In this document: in pieces, positions 1 through 12,584 of the stretch
Layout: every line of letters starts with the position of its first letter
How positions within the stretch are numbered: the first letter of the stretch is position 1
Assembly (NCBI RefSeq): GCF_009914755.1
Contig: NC_060929.1
From: the human T2T-CHM13v2.0 reference genome, Homo sapiens
Strand: one strand, 5' to 3'
DNA: 64,000 bases
Notes under the pieces: model-generated
What the model was told of the DNA's origin: nothing
Databases searched by the model: none
The model's input: the letters and a program-made list of their open reading frames with translations, nothing else
Made by a program: the position numbers and the translations under genes

Positions 1-394
1 TTCGAGATTATTCATGGTAAGGGTCCAAAATACAGTAGCAGAAAAGAAAGAAAAAAGGAAAGAAGGAAGAAAGAAACTAACAAGATCACATACACTTATA
101 AAGATAATTTTTGTTATAATAATAAAAAATCTAAAACAATGTTGCCTAAATATCAAAATGTATACCAGAAGAGACTAAAAGGAAATATATATAAACAACA
201 CACATATATGTGTATGATTTTACATAAATATAAAATATGACAAAACTGAAACTAAATATATTAATCCCATCAATAAATACAGATGGGCTTAACTCATCTA
301 CCAAAATAAAAATATTTTCCATATTGATTAATAAAGTCAAATCTAAAACTATCGATGAGAGATGCCTCTAAACAAAATAAATAATAAATAATGT

Positions 395-610
395 ATATAT
401 AATAGCAAAGGACTGGAGACACCGCAATTGCTCATCAACTGAGGACTGGTTGAAAAACTGGGGCACAACCATCAGTGAAGCCCTTTTTACAGAAGCATCT
501 GTAAAAAGGAGTAAGAGAGATCTCTGTGTGTGCTCATGGAGGGCTCTGCAGGATGCACTGCTGAAGAGAGAGTGCAAGGTAGACAGAGTATGATATGGTA
601 TCAGTCATCT
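395..610 (+). mobile_element. Old L1M (L1ME-like) 3'-end fragment
   Basis: Degenerate L1 3' motifs (atagcaaaggactggag...catcaactgaggactggttgaaaaactgggg...); family recalled, not searched. Confidence 0.5.
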
Positions 611-632
611 CAGGAAGGAAGCATGTGAACAT

Positions 633-868
633 GTGGATGGATGGATGGATGGATGGGTGGACAGATGAATGATAGATGATGCATGGATGGAGTGGATGGA
701 TGAGTGAATGAGTGGGTGGATAGGATGGATGATGGATGAATAGATGGATGGATGGATGCATGAGTGGGTGGATGGCTGGATGGATGGATGAATGATGGAT
801 GAATAGATGAATGGATGGATGATGAATGGATGGATGAATGGATAGATGGATGATGGATGGATGGATGA
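633..868 (+). repeat. Degenerate (TGGA)n / (GATG)n tetranucleotide microsatellite
   Basis: Directly visible tggatggatgga... tract of about 235 bp; source of the H/P/S/I-rich spurious ORFs. Confidence 0.97.
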
Positions 869-2039
869 ACAAAATAGAGATCACCTATATTACATATTAC
901 ATCTATACACATGTATATCTATCTATCTTTCTACCTTGTGTTCATATTTAGAAAGACAGCAGGAAGATAAGCCATGATTTTAAAATGCTTTCTTTTAGAA
1001 AGAAAGTGAATCAGGTGGAGGGACAGGGATACAAACTCAATTTCTTTGACTACATATTTTTGTAGGTGTGATTTAGGAAACACATACCTATATTACATAA
1101 TGATATGACAAAATTACATTTAAAATAAATTTCTAAAACCCAAAGTTAAATGAAATGATGAACCTAAAATGTGTATCCAGTTGGTGGCATAACCACACAG
1201 AGAGAAACCATTTCAACTGACTTAAAAAGAAAATGATGTATTCCTTCCCACTGGCTATCATGTCATGAGATCACGAATCTCATCCTGAGGATACATTGGA
1301 CAAATGAGGCAGTCGGCACTTGTGAAGCGTGCATGGTATCAGGTAATCAGGTAATTGGGTTGTGTACACTCACTGGCCCAGCTCTGAGGACAGGAACTAT
1401 ATGCACATACTCTGGCTTTACAAGGTCAGCATGAAGAGGGTGAATATTACTTACCTGTCAAATATACAAATGGATCAGTAAAGTACATTGATTAATAAAT
1501 GGAAGTTTTGAATCTTTTGAAATCTGGGTATTTTCAAATTCAAATCCCAGAGTCAATTTATGTTGAAAAGTCCATGAATCTTAGTAAACGATTAAAACAA
1601 AATAGTGTGGTGTTTTCAAAGTCTGGGGAAAGTTTGATCTTAGGAAAAAAAAAAAAGAACAAACTTTCAAGTAAGTCCTTTGTGTAGACTCGTTCCCTGA
1701 CATCTCATTAGCTCCCATTGATCCAGGATAATGCAGAAACATTCCTGCAGGGCAGTTAATTAGAGAAGCCACTGAGGGGAAGAGAGGGAGATGGGCTGGC
1801 CCCGTTGTTGGTGCTAGCAGGCTTCGTATTGGTCAGCTTCTTTTTTTCCATAGTCTAAGATGGATATTAATTTCATTTAGTGGGATCAGAAAGGACTTTC
1901 TAGCAGTGTGGAGTTTAAATGGGTCTGGAGGATGAGTAGGAGCAGGTGATGGTGAACATGAGGTCAGTGTTGAGTGTTCAGGCAGAAGCACGGTTGTTCC
2001 ACCGTAGAAGGAGGTGTTTTCTGAAGAAAATTGCTATCT

Positions 2040-3677
2040 TTGGGACATCTACTACTTGCCAGGCACTATGCAAGGCATTTCCTACAGCATTCATTCAAGC
2101 CTCATAACATCATCTTTCTATATATGATCATCATCTTTCTATATATGATCATCATCATTCTATAAAGGCTTGCAGCTCACCTAGAAAGTGGCAGACATGG
2201 AATTTTAATTCAGGTCTGTCTGACATGAAAGCCCTTGCTCATCCCAGTCTACCCAGTAGCATGCTGCAGACATCTCGAGGGGAGGCAGAGGGCCAGTGGC
2301 TTCCTTGGCTGCTCAGAGTTGCTGGGTTACATCACATGTGGCCTCCAATCCTAGCTCAGCACCTATCAGTGATGTGACTTTGGAGCCTCCATTTCCTCAT
2401 CTGCAAAATGGGGAGCACTGTACTCATCAGGAAGTAGTGTCATACTTGTCAAACTAGAGAAGGCACCTGACTTTGGGCATGTACCCAGTCCTGGGGCACC
2501 GTCACATTGTTTCATTGGTGAGAAGCCTTCGCAGGACAGAACTTCTCAGCACCCAAGGCTCACAGGAGAAACCACCCACCCTCTCTTGCAAACCTTCACT
2601 CTCATAGCCCATGTTCTATTACAGGACCTGGATGTGGGCAGACAAGGGGTTAAGAGGAAAGTTGCGACAGCTGGCAGTTTCCTCCTACGAGCACAGTGAT
2701 GAATAGCAACGAACAGACTTATTAGGAAGCATTAGGGCAAGATGATTAATGAATCAAACAGGCACCCACGTTTTAATGAGGCAGTGTTTGCTTTCCTACC
2801 TTTAAATTGTGAAATACAACTCCAAGGATTCTGGCCAAACTGGGAAAGGATCGCCCAGCAAAACAGCCCCTTATTGCCTCCAGGGCAACTGAGCCAAATT
2901 AGAAAGGCTTTATTTAAAAAAAATTGTTAAAGCAAATTAAAAAATTTAACAACCTCCTGCCATAAGAGAGCAATACGTTGTCATTTCTTTAAAGGACAAA
3001 TGTAAAAAAGACAGGTATCCAGGATTCCTGACAGATTTGTTGTAGTGTCTCACGACTCACAGATGGGTCAAGTGGGAAGTCTGCAGGGACCTGGGTTCTG
3101 GGAGGTTTGCTTTCCTGAAGGAGATGCAGGCTTGGGAGGAGGCCGGGAGCAGAACGGCATTAGCACAAGGTGGGAAAGAGAGTGTGGACGCAAGATGACA
3201 CCTGGAAGCAACAGCACCCTGCTGCAGAAGAGGACCCTGCTTAGAGCAAGCACACTGCCTGAATGCTGGTTCCTCTCCTGCACTGTCGGCCTGGGCCAGG
3301 CCACTTCCCCTCTCTGTGCCTCAGCAGCCTCCTGTGTAAAAAGGAGACATAAACACCTGCCAGGAGGGCTAGGATGAAATGAGATAATGCCACGTGTGTT
3401 GCAGGTGCTCCATATATCTGCCCTTCCCTTGGGCAGGAGAATGCAGTTAAGAAGCAGGAACTCTAGAGCTAGACTATCTGCATTCATGTGGACCACCACT
3501 TATCATGGTGACCATAGGCAATTTATTTATTTGCTCAAAGCCTCGGTCTTCTCGGCTGTAAAATGGGAATGACGACAATTCCTTCCTCTTGGAGCTGCTG
3601 TTAGGATTACATGACACAATGCAGGTATTTCATGCACCAGGCACATTTTCACTCTTCCATAAATGTCAATTATTATG
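2040..3677. mobile_element. Cluster of MIR SINE fragments (about 2040-2240 -, 2290-2430 +, 3230-3410 +, 3440-3677 +)
   Basis: MIR core motifs, e.g. tttcctcatctgcaaaatggg (2392), ctctgtgcctcag...tgtaaaaagg (3312), gctgtaaaatgggaat (3555). Confidence 0.7.
2108..2149 (+). repeat. 21-bp perfect tandem duplication inside a MIR
   Basis: catcatctttctatatatgat x2. Confidence 0.95.
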
Positions 3678-3698
3678 AGATTAGTTTAATAATGCACA

Positions 3699-4020
3699 GG
3701 CCGGGCACAGTGGCTCACTCCTATTCTCCCAGCAACTCAGGAGGCTGAAGTGGGAGGATCACTTGAGGCCAGGAGTTTGAAACTAGCCTGGGCAAAATAG
3801 AAAGACTCTGTGTCTACAATAAATTTTTAAAAAAAATTAACCAGGCGTAGTGGTGCATGCCTGTAGTCCTAGCTACTCAGGAGGCTGAAGTGGGAGGATT
3901 GCTTGAGCCCAGGAGTTCAAGGCTGCAATGAGCTATAATTGCAGCACTGCACTGCAGCCTGGGCAACAGAGTTAGACCTTATCTCTAAAATAATAAAAAT
4001 AATTCATAATAATAATAATG
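3699..4020 (+). mobile_element. AluJ element
   Basis: ggccgggcacagtggctcac start, dimeric structure, J-type gggaggattgcttgagcccaggagttcaaggctgc; aataatgca TSD-like flanks. Confidence 0.95.
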
Positions 4021-4329
4021 CAGAGATGTTTTTGTACGAAGAAAGTTACTGACAATGCCCTCTGAGATCACTAGCAAAAACTGAAGAAAAAAATAAAGTA
4101 AACCTACCCAGTGGGGTGGATCCTGGTTTGCAGGGTATTCTTCCAAATCAGCGGGAGGGTTTCTATAAAATATAAATACAACATTAGGCGTGAAAGTAAA
4201 TATTTACTTCGATTTAAAAGAACTCACTACAAAGTACATCTCCTTGGCCCCTCACATTGAGTGTGAGCTTACACTTGTGGAGGTCTGTAAGCCGGCCCTT
4301 CACGCCTATATCTCCCTGCCAGCAAATCC

Positions 4330-4830
4330 TGTTTTAGACATTCAATATTTAAATTGCCTATTCCAATTCTCTATCAAACCATCACTCTGAGGATGAAAGT
4401 ATGTCCCTTATTTTGAAAAAAACGTAACTCAGGGTTCTAAATTGGTGCAATGTCTTCTGTTGCAGTGTTTTTTTAGTGCTCTGAGCATTTACATCTCCCA
4501 CTGGGTAGACAAAGCCCCATCCAGAGTAAGTGTCTGTTCCTGTCCAGACCCATTGGTTCCTCCTCCCACCCACTGAGGCTACTGGCATTGGTCCAGTGTA
4601 ATCCACCTACAAGGTATGTGCAGGCTTTCCCCAGGGAGTCTGTCCCATAGCCATCTGCAGTCTCTGTCTCTCTTGTTGGCAGACAGAACAGTTGTCATTC
4701 ATGTGTTGTGCCTCAGAGAGTGCAAGAGGAATTTGTCTACACTCAGCCCATCTCTGCACTGCTGCCCTCTACCCACCATGTCCACTCACTTTATGGACGC
4801 TAGTGGCCACCTCAAATGAGCACACAGGGA
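4330..4830 (-). pseudogene. Decayed ERVL-class integrase (HHCC zinc finger plus start of catalytic core)
   Basis: Minus-strand translation VHKVSGHGG...CSVCQQ then DYTGPMP...WVWTGTDTYSGWGFVYPV; matches ERVL integrase motifs (W-Q-x-D-Y-I-G-P-L-P, G-I-D-T-Y-S-G-Y-G-F-A-Y-P); stops and frameshifts present. Confidence 0.85.
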
Positions 4831-4899
4831 ATCTACTTGTCAACTGGAATTACCTTCCAAATCTGAAATGGGGTTCTTCTGACAGGCATCAACATGTCC

Positions 4900-5600
4900 T
4901 ACTTTAATATACCCCCCAAATTCCTATAGTGATGTCCACAGGGCCATGCCCCATAGAGACATGTGCTAATAGGTCAGTTTTCCATTGCCATTCTGCTGAC
5001 CATGTTGGCAGGCCATTGGCCACTGCCCATGAGTTGGTAGAAATCCAAACAATGGGGCACACAGAATGCAATTCAGCTGATTAAGCTGAATTTGTTTTAC
5101 CTTCTTCAATCAGAGTGGTTGGCTTCCAGACAGGATATTGTCTATTTAACTTGGAACTGTCATTCATAAATCACTTGGAACTGTCATTCATAAATCAGTT
5201 CTTTGTTGGTCAATTGAGAACTGTGTATAGAGCTCTGTCTGAGTGACAATAGAATGCAGCAGCTCTTCAGATGGTTCCAAAGTTGGTCCCTGAGGGAAAA
5301 GAAGCTACTTGTTTGTGAATATACTGAGTATCTGCATTTTCCCAGTAGCGTGTTCAGGTTTCAAGATATTTATGTTGTTCAATTTTAGGAAAAGCTTCAA
5401 TCCATGTCAGACAGCAAGCTAGCAACTGCCTCTCAAATGGTCCCAATCTCCAGTATTCATCCCTGGGAGATGCTGGCAGGCTTTTGACATAAACCTCAGT
5501 CTACACTCCACACAGGATTATTGAACAGGGAATTTATCCATACCAGCACTCCAGCCTCTCTTCTACACTGTTTGCTAGCAACAGCCTGTATGTGCTCATT
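4900..5600 (-). pseudogene. Decayed ERVL pol: RT N-terminus, connection domain and RNase H remnant (RT core missing)
   Basis: EAGVLVWINSLFNNPVW (about 5557-5507), PFERQLLAC (about 5441-5415), FMNDSSK (about 5195-5150), NSWAVANGLPTWSAEW (about 5037-4990). Confidence 0.75.
5149..5196 (+). repeat. 24-bp perfect tandem duplication within ERV RNase H motif 1
   Basis: acttggaactgtcattcataaatc x2. Confidence 0.95.
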
Positions 5601-6140
5601 CTTGTTGGTTTTCATTTAGCATATCCAATTAATATTGCTTGAAAGGCAGATTTGCACACCCTCTGTTTTATAATAGTAGGTAGGAGAAACAACAACAAAA
5701 AACATTTCCCAGTCAGACATAGTATCCATCCCCATAATACATTCAAGTAAAAGAGATGTAGCCACTTCACATAAAGCCTGTTTGAATGCAATGAATTTTG
5801 TCCAAACTTTCGCCTTAATGCCACCAACCCTTGCACTCCTAACTGCAGCCCTGGTTGGGACTTTGCCAACAGGTTTTGGTTTTGCAATGCTAGGTAAGGG
5901 AAGTGTTCCCTAATCGGATGTAATATCTATTCCCATAAAACATTCAGGTAAAGGAGACACTACCTCTTCATACAAAGCTTGTTTAAACATTCAGATCTTC
6001 ATTTAAACTTTCACGTTAGTTCTATCAACTCTTACATTTCTATATTCTCAATTTAATTGCCGCCCTTTCCAGAGTTTCTCCATTGGGTTTGGGTGCATGG
6101 GACACCTGTGTCAAGGAGTCTCAGAAACTTCTCTTCTCCA
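5600..6140 (-). pseudogene. Decayed ERVL aspartic protease with duplicated C-terminal half
   Basis: Minus strand GEEKFLRLLDTGVPCT (active-site LLDTG, about 6118-6104) followed by VSPLPECFMGIDI and a second SLLLECIMGMDT. Confidence 0.8.
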
Positions 6141-6990
6141 CCCTCTGTCCATTTAATCCTCCTTAGTGCATAAAGTTTTGGGTCCCCACTTGGGGGCTGA
6201 GCCCAGGGACCCAGCCCTTTTGTCAGTTCTCATCTTGATTGCCTGCCTGCGACCTTGCTCCAGGCAATTCCAGGTTGGGTTTCTCATTGTAGTCTTTGCT
6301 TTCCAGCTTTTAATATTATTCCATACTGGAGTAAACAGACTTGTCTGGGGCTCTTTAACGTTGGGGGATTGGCAGAGGGTCTCACTGCTCCACCCAATCT
6401 TAAGAGATATGTTTCTAACCTATCAATGTTTGCTACATTCATCCCTTTTCTTAATAGTCACTTAAAGATTTTCACCAGACTCTCTCCTCTAGACAGAGAT
6501 CACATTATCTTGGGGATCACTCTACCCTTTCTTATTATTTATTGTCAGTATGATCATTTCCTTTGGAATTAGCTCTGAGGCTAGTGGTTATATCTTGGGC
6601 TGGCCAGAATTAGGATCTTTCCAACATCTTCCTTTGATATGTACCCTGAGACTAGAAGCTGCAGTTCAGGCTGGAAGAATCTAAATGTGGCCTATTTCTT
6701 ACTTTCATTTTAGCTCTTATAAATAAATAAGCAAGGGATCGTATATTTTGATTTTTTTCTTAGAATTTTGCATTTCTTATGCATCCAATGATACATAGAA
6801 AAAACTTTTATTGATAATTTTCATCTGTAATAAATGATCACAGCACAGCTGCTGCCTCATACTGTGGGTAATATCATGGCTACTCAGGGACAAAAGGGTC
6901 CTTATTCCCCATACTTTCATTCTTTTTCTTTCCAAACCACATGTTTCAATGAGTCAGGGTTATTCTCGCAAATTCTATTTCCTGTTGTTT
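6140..6990 (-). mobile_element. ERVL internal region (leader/gag remnant)
   Basis: Lies between the LTR and the protease; degenerate PBS-like TTAGTGTCAAAA...GAATTTG at about 7000-6969 on minus; no intact ORF. Confidence 0.55.
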
Positions 6991-6999
6991 TTGACACTA

Positions 7000-7712
7000 A
7001 CTACCCAAAACCCCAAATGGTCCCACACCAACTGGTTGTACTGCAAAACAATTCTGACATTGACCACCCAGAGTTAGTGTCAGATCCCACAGGCCAAGGG
7101 TTCATTCTTCTACAAGGTTGTCCCCACTTCAGACACCAGCTGCAGGAAGGGCCCTCAGGCCACCCATACTTCCGAATAACTGGCTATAAACTCAGGGGTT
7201 CCCACAACCCCAGCATGTTCATGCCCAATTCACTAGAACAACTAAAGGAACTCTGGAAAATGCTATACTTGTGTGCAGTTTTATTTTATAAAGGGTACAA
7301 ATAGAGCAAGGTCTTAGAGGAAACAGAGCTTCTGCATCTTCTCCCCATGGAGCCAGGACAGGTCACCCTCCCAGCACGTTAATGTGTTCACCAACCAGGA
7401 AGCTCCACTGAGCTTCATTGTCCCAAGTTTTTATTGGGGCCTCATTACAGGCATGACTGATTAAATCACTTGCCATGTAATTTTACAGCCTTCTGCCTCT
7501 CCCTGGAGGTTGACCGGCTGAAAATTTCAATTCTCTAATCATATGCTTGGTCTTTCTGGTGATCAGTCCTTGATCCTGATGTTACCTCATGGCTCACTAT
7601 AAATCACTTCCTTAGCATAACAAAGACATTCCTATCATCAGAAAATTACAAGGGTTTTTGAGGCTCTGTAACAGATATGGACAAAGAGCAGACTTTTTTT
7701 TAATAATTCTAC
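7000..7712 (-). mobile_element. ERVL LTR of MER21/MER68/MER77 type (5' LTR of the provirus)
   Basis: Minus strand begins tgtagaatt...cagagcctcaaaaacccttgtaattttctgatgataggaatgtctttgttat, like the recalled MER21-group start; directly abuts the ERVL internal sequence. Confidence 0.75.
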
Positions 7713-7844
7713 ACTGACAAACACAACGAGCAGCACAAAACCAGGAAATAATACAATATCTATATTAATTAACAGCCTGACACACTTTTATAAGCTTTTT
7801 ATTGCTACAATTTTTATTACAACCATTTGAAATGCTTTTTATAG

Positions 7845-8288
<444 letters not shown>

Positions 8289-8866
8289 TAATTTTTAAAG
8301 GTTGTTATTAAATTAGGGAAAACCACTTGAATTTTTTAAGTGGCTTAAAAAATTTGGAAGAATTTTCTAGGAAATGGATTCTGGCTTTGCATATTTCAAA
8401 CTTTATTAGCCACACATTTCCAGTGCTGGTTGCCATAGGACATTTATAGTGCCATAAAACCTGCCATAATGTAGATAAGTAACAATAGAAAATACTTAGT
8501 ATAAAAATGGCTTCTAGAATAGCATGGAAGCCATTGCTATACCAAGGCAGCTACTGATCACAATGAGTGGAAGTCATTGCAAAAGACAAATACACCCCAC
8601 CAAGACCACCTAAATGTATCCTGAGCTCAACTTTATCTTCACTGGATCCTAGACATGCCCTTGACTGCTCTCCAACTACTCTACATGGGGGCAACTGTGA
8701 CAGAGGGGAAGTTGGAATAAAATTGATGGTGGTCTTAACTAATGGTAATACAAATATTTCACTTTTCAAATTGCATCTAAAAGTTTGATCTTGCGAACAC
8801 ATTGTTACGGCCCCTCCCAGGCCTTGGAAGGAGCCTATGCAAATGGAGAGCCCTGAGGCTTGAACT

Positions 8867-9175
8867 CAGTGGTCTACCAAGGAGTGGGGTCAGTGCAAGC
8901 AGCCTGCCCTAGCAGGAAGGAATATTCTACCACTGACTTCATTTAGGTTTGCCAGAGCATGGTGATAACAAAAGGTGCAAGCAGCCTGCCCTAGCAGGAA
9001 GGAATATTCTACCACTGACTTCATTTAGGTTTGCCAGAGCATGGTGATAACAAAAAGCAGACCAATTTTTAATTAGTCTTATTATTGTTTTTAAATTTTC
9101 TACAGATAAGACAAACCATTATTGACTGCAACTGAAACACAGAGCTCCCACCACCCGACCCTTAATAAGTCACTG
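8867..9175 (-). mobile_element. Short hAT-Tip100 (MER97-like) non-autonomous element
   Basis: CAGTG...CACTG termini, degenerate 8-bp TSD cttgaact/cttaaggt, internal catggtgataacaaaaagcagacc motif. Confidence 0.55.
8893..9055 (+). repeat. 82-bp perfect tandem duplication
   Basis: gtgcaagcagcctgccctagc...ggtgataacaaaa begins at 8893 and again at 8975. Confidence 0.97.
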
Positions 9176-9774
9176 CTTAAGGTTCATTAGCTTCACAGTT
9201 AAGCTGCTTCTCCCACCCAGCATTTTCCACCCTCCATCCCCAACCTCAATTATGGCAGCCTTGAGTCTAGGAAACACAGAGAGAAAATAACAAATAAGCC
9301 AAGCAGATGGGGACACGCAGGACTTAGGATAGAATAACAGTGAAGTGTGTTTGTTCTGGACCCAGAGTGTCTGGATTTGCACTCTAGTGCATCCTCTTGT
9401 TAGAAACAGGACCTCGGGCAAGTTATTTAACCTCTATGTGCCTCAGTTTTGTCATCACTGAAGGGAGGATAATTATGGTTTTTAGTTCATAAAGCATTGT
9501 GCGTATGTGTGTAAGGATCAAATGCAACATTATTTATTTACAGGCATGGAGGCCTGCAAATACCCTGTGACTGGAGGGAATGTGGCACATTCAGGGAATG
9601 AAAAGAAGGCCAAGGGAGCTCAGAGAGAAGAGGCAAGCAGAAATAACCTGGAGGTCAAATAGGTAAGGCATTCAAGGATACTTAAGGATTTTAATCTTTA
9701 TTATTAAGGCAATGGGAAGCTATGAAAGTTTTGTTTTGTTCTTTGGAGGGAGTGGGGTGGAAGCTTGAGGATAT

Positions 9775-10293
9775 TGAGGACTATGACCACTTGTATCAAA
9801 CATGCCAGAGCTATTTTGACCAAGAATTGAGACCACCTGTGTCAACATGACTTCACTATTCGTCCTAGGAAAATGTTACCTGGGAAATAAAAGACCGTAA
9901 ATCAATAAGTAAGTCCATTGTCTGCTTTAGGAAATCTTTCAGATCAACCTACCTGATACAACAGTCTGCTAACCTCAGCAAACAGATTACTGATCCCAAA
10001 ACAGCTGACTTATTAAGACTTCAAGTCCTTGCCACGTGATGTTCACCAGTCCTAACCTGCCACAACACAAACTTTGCCCAGCCAATTAGTTCCCACCTTG
10101 AAAAGCCTGCCTTAAACCAGCGAAACTCAGACCCCAAGGCTCCATAAATGTATTCTGACATCCCTCTTCTAAGACACCGATTTCTTTCTCCAAAACCTTT
10201 CTCAGGGTGGTGTTCTCCATCACTGTGGTAAGTTCAAATAGATTTAGTTTTGCTTGATTAGCAGATTGTCTAGTGATATCTTGGGAAGTTAAC
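9775..10293 (+). mobile_element. Solo ERV1-class LTR (MER90/MER110-like, family uncertain)
   Basis: TG...CA-bounded unit of about 520 bp with cataaat TATA-like (10144), degenerate polyA signal then tttagttttgcttgattagcag. Confidence 0.5.
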
Positions 10294-10305
10294 AAAATGA
10301 TCAAA

Positions 10306-10457
10306 GGATAGCATTAGGAGTTATACCTAATGCTAAATGATGAGTTTAATGGGTGCAGCACACCAGTATGGCACATGTATACATATGTAACTAACCTGCA
10401 CATTGTGCACATGTACCCTAAAACTTAAAGTATAATAATAATAAAATAAAATAAAAA
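10306..10457 (+). mobile_element. Severely 5'-truncated L1PA 3' end (about 150 bp)
   Basis: ggatagcattaggag...aacctgcacattgtgcacatgtaccctaaaacttaaagtataataat plus A-rich tail. Confidence 0.95.
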
Positions 10458-10960
10458 TTTCTCATGCTGTAGCATGGAGTATGAATTGAAAGGTGAAAAG
10501 AGTGAACGTGGTGGGATTTCTCAGTACAAATCTCAAGGAATATTTGCATCAAGGGGGCTAGAGTTATCCACAGGTTGGGTCTTTGGTGCTCTTATGTACT
10601 CTACCTCCGCCCTACCATGCACACTACTTTGAAGATAGTGTTCTCTCAGGAGCTTCTAAAATGATGTCTAAAACACATCGACATAGCCAGCAGCCACCAC
10701 CTTCTCCAGACCCACTCTCTTCTTCCTCAGCTGGAATCATGAGATCACTGCCAGCAACAAATGGAACAAGAATGGGTAGAAACCATCTAAGATTTACTAA
10801 AAAGGAAGAAACAGTGTTGGGAAGGAAGCTGAGGACCATTATCTAGAAAAGAAAATTAATTTTAATTCATTCATTTAGCCAGCCAGTCAGCAAGACCTTC
10901 TGTCCCCTATGCTAGGCAACTTTGAGTGTTAGGAAAACAGAGATAAATTTGAGACAGGCA

Positions 10961-11259
10961 GGCTGGGTGCAGTGGCTCACGCCTCCAGTCCCAGCACTTT
11001 GGGAAGCCGAAGCAGGTGGATCACGACGTCAGGAGATGGAGATCTTCCTGGCTAACACAATGGAACCCCATCTCTACTAAAGATACAAAAAAATTAGCCG
11101 GGCCTGGTGGCCGACGCCTGTAGTCCCAGCTGCTCAAGAGGCTGAGGCAGGAGAATGGCCTGAACCCTGGAGGTGGAGCTTGCAGTGAGCCGAGATGCGC
11201 CACGGCACTCCAGCCTGGGCGACAGAGCAAGACTCCGACTCAAAAAAAAAAAACAAAAA
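10961..11259 (+). mobile_element. AluY element
   Basis: Y diagnostics (tcctggctaacac, ggagaatggcctgaacc, ggagcttgcagtgagccgag); TSD aaatttgagacaggc/aaattgagacatgc. Confidence 0.93.
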
Positions 11260-11499
11260 ATTGAGACATGCTCCCTGATCCAGAGGCACTTCCTGTCCTC
11301 CAAGAAAGACGGACCCATACAGAAACCTGACACAAAACAGGAAGTGCTATGTTGGGGTGGGTATGCATAGAAGCAGAGGAGACAATCCAGGAAGGCATCC
11401 AGTGGTGGCATCTGAACAGATGCATCCTGCAGAATGGGTAGGAGCTTTCAGGAGTAAATGTCAGGAAAACACAGCATCATCAGTGAAAAGGCAGGTGTT

Positions 11500-12050
<551 letters not shown>

Positions 12051-12584
12051 TCAGCTCAGTCATTGCCTGCACCAAGCCCCAGAGGTTCAAACATGAAGAT
12101 GACAAATTTCTGTTCTGGAAGAGCATAGGAGAGAGGTGATAGGCATAGTGAGAGATGGGTCTGGGGACACTTGCAGGGCTTAGGTCTTGGGGAGTCAGCC
12201 AGCAAGAGACTGAGCAGAATGAAAGCCCCTTCCTCTTCAATGAGTTTGGGTGTACCCTCAGCCTCAGACTGGGCTAGATGGCAGCAGATTTGTGAATGCC
12301 TAGCAGAATGACTCCTGTCATAAACAGAAGCAAATTTCTTATGTGTCTTATTTCCCTATACCTAGGATACCTAGTAGGGTCCCATTCACACTCTGCATCT
12401 CTATAGCCACTTATCATAGCTGAATATTTAATTTTTACTGCAAACCTTCAGGAGTAAAGTAAGACTTTTGATGCCCTGTTTCTGGAAAGAGACTAGAAGG
12501 TATAGTCTCCTACCTGGGATGTCAGAGTGAGTCTCACCAAAGTCAGACCTCAAGTCCAGTTTGAGCCGGACTTATCAAGGCAAA

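Noticed and set aside
534-912. His/Pro/Ser/Ile-rich ORFs of 100-116 aa
   Set aside because: Translation of the (TCCA)n strand of a microsatellite
6834-7304. 156-aa plus-strand ORF
   Set aside because: Antisense to the ERVL LTR/leader; no recognisable domain
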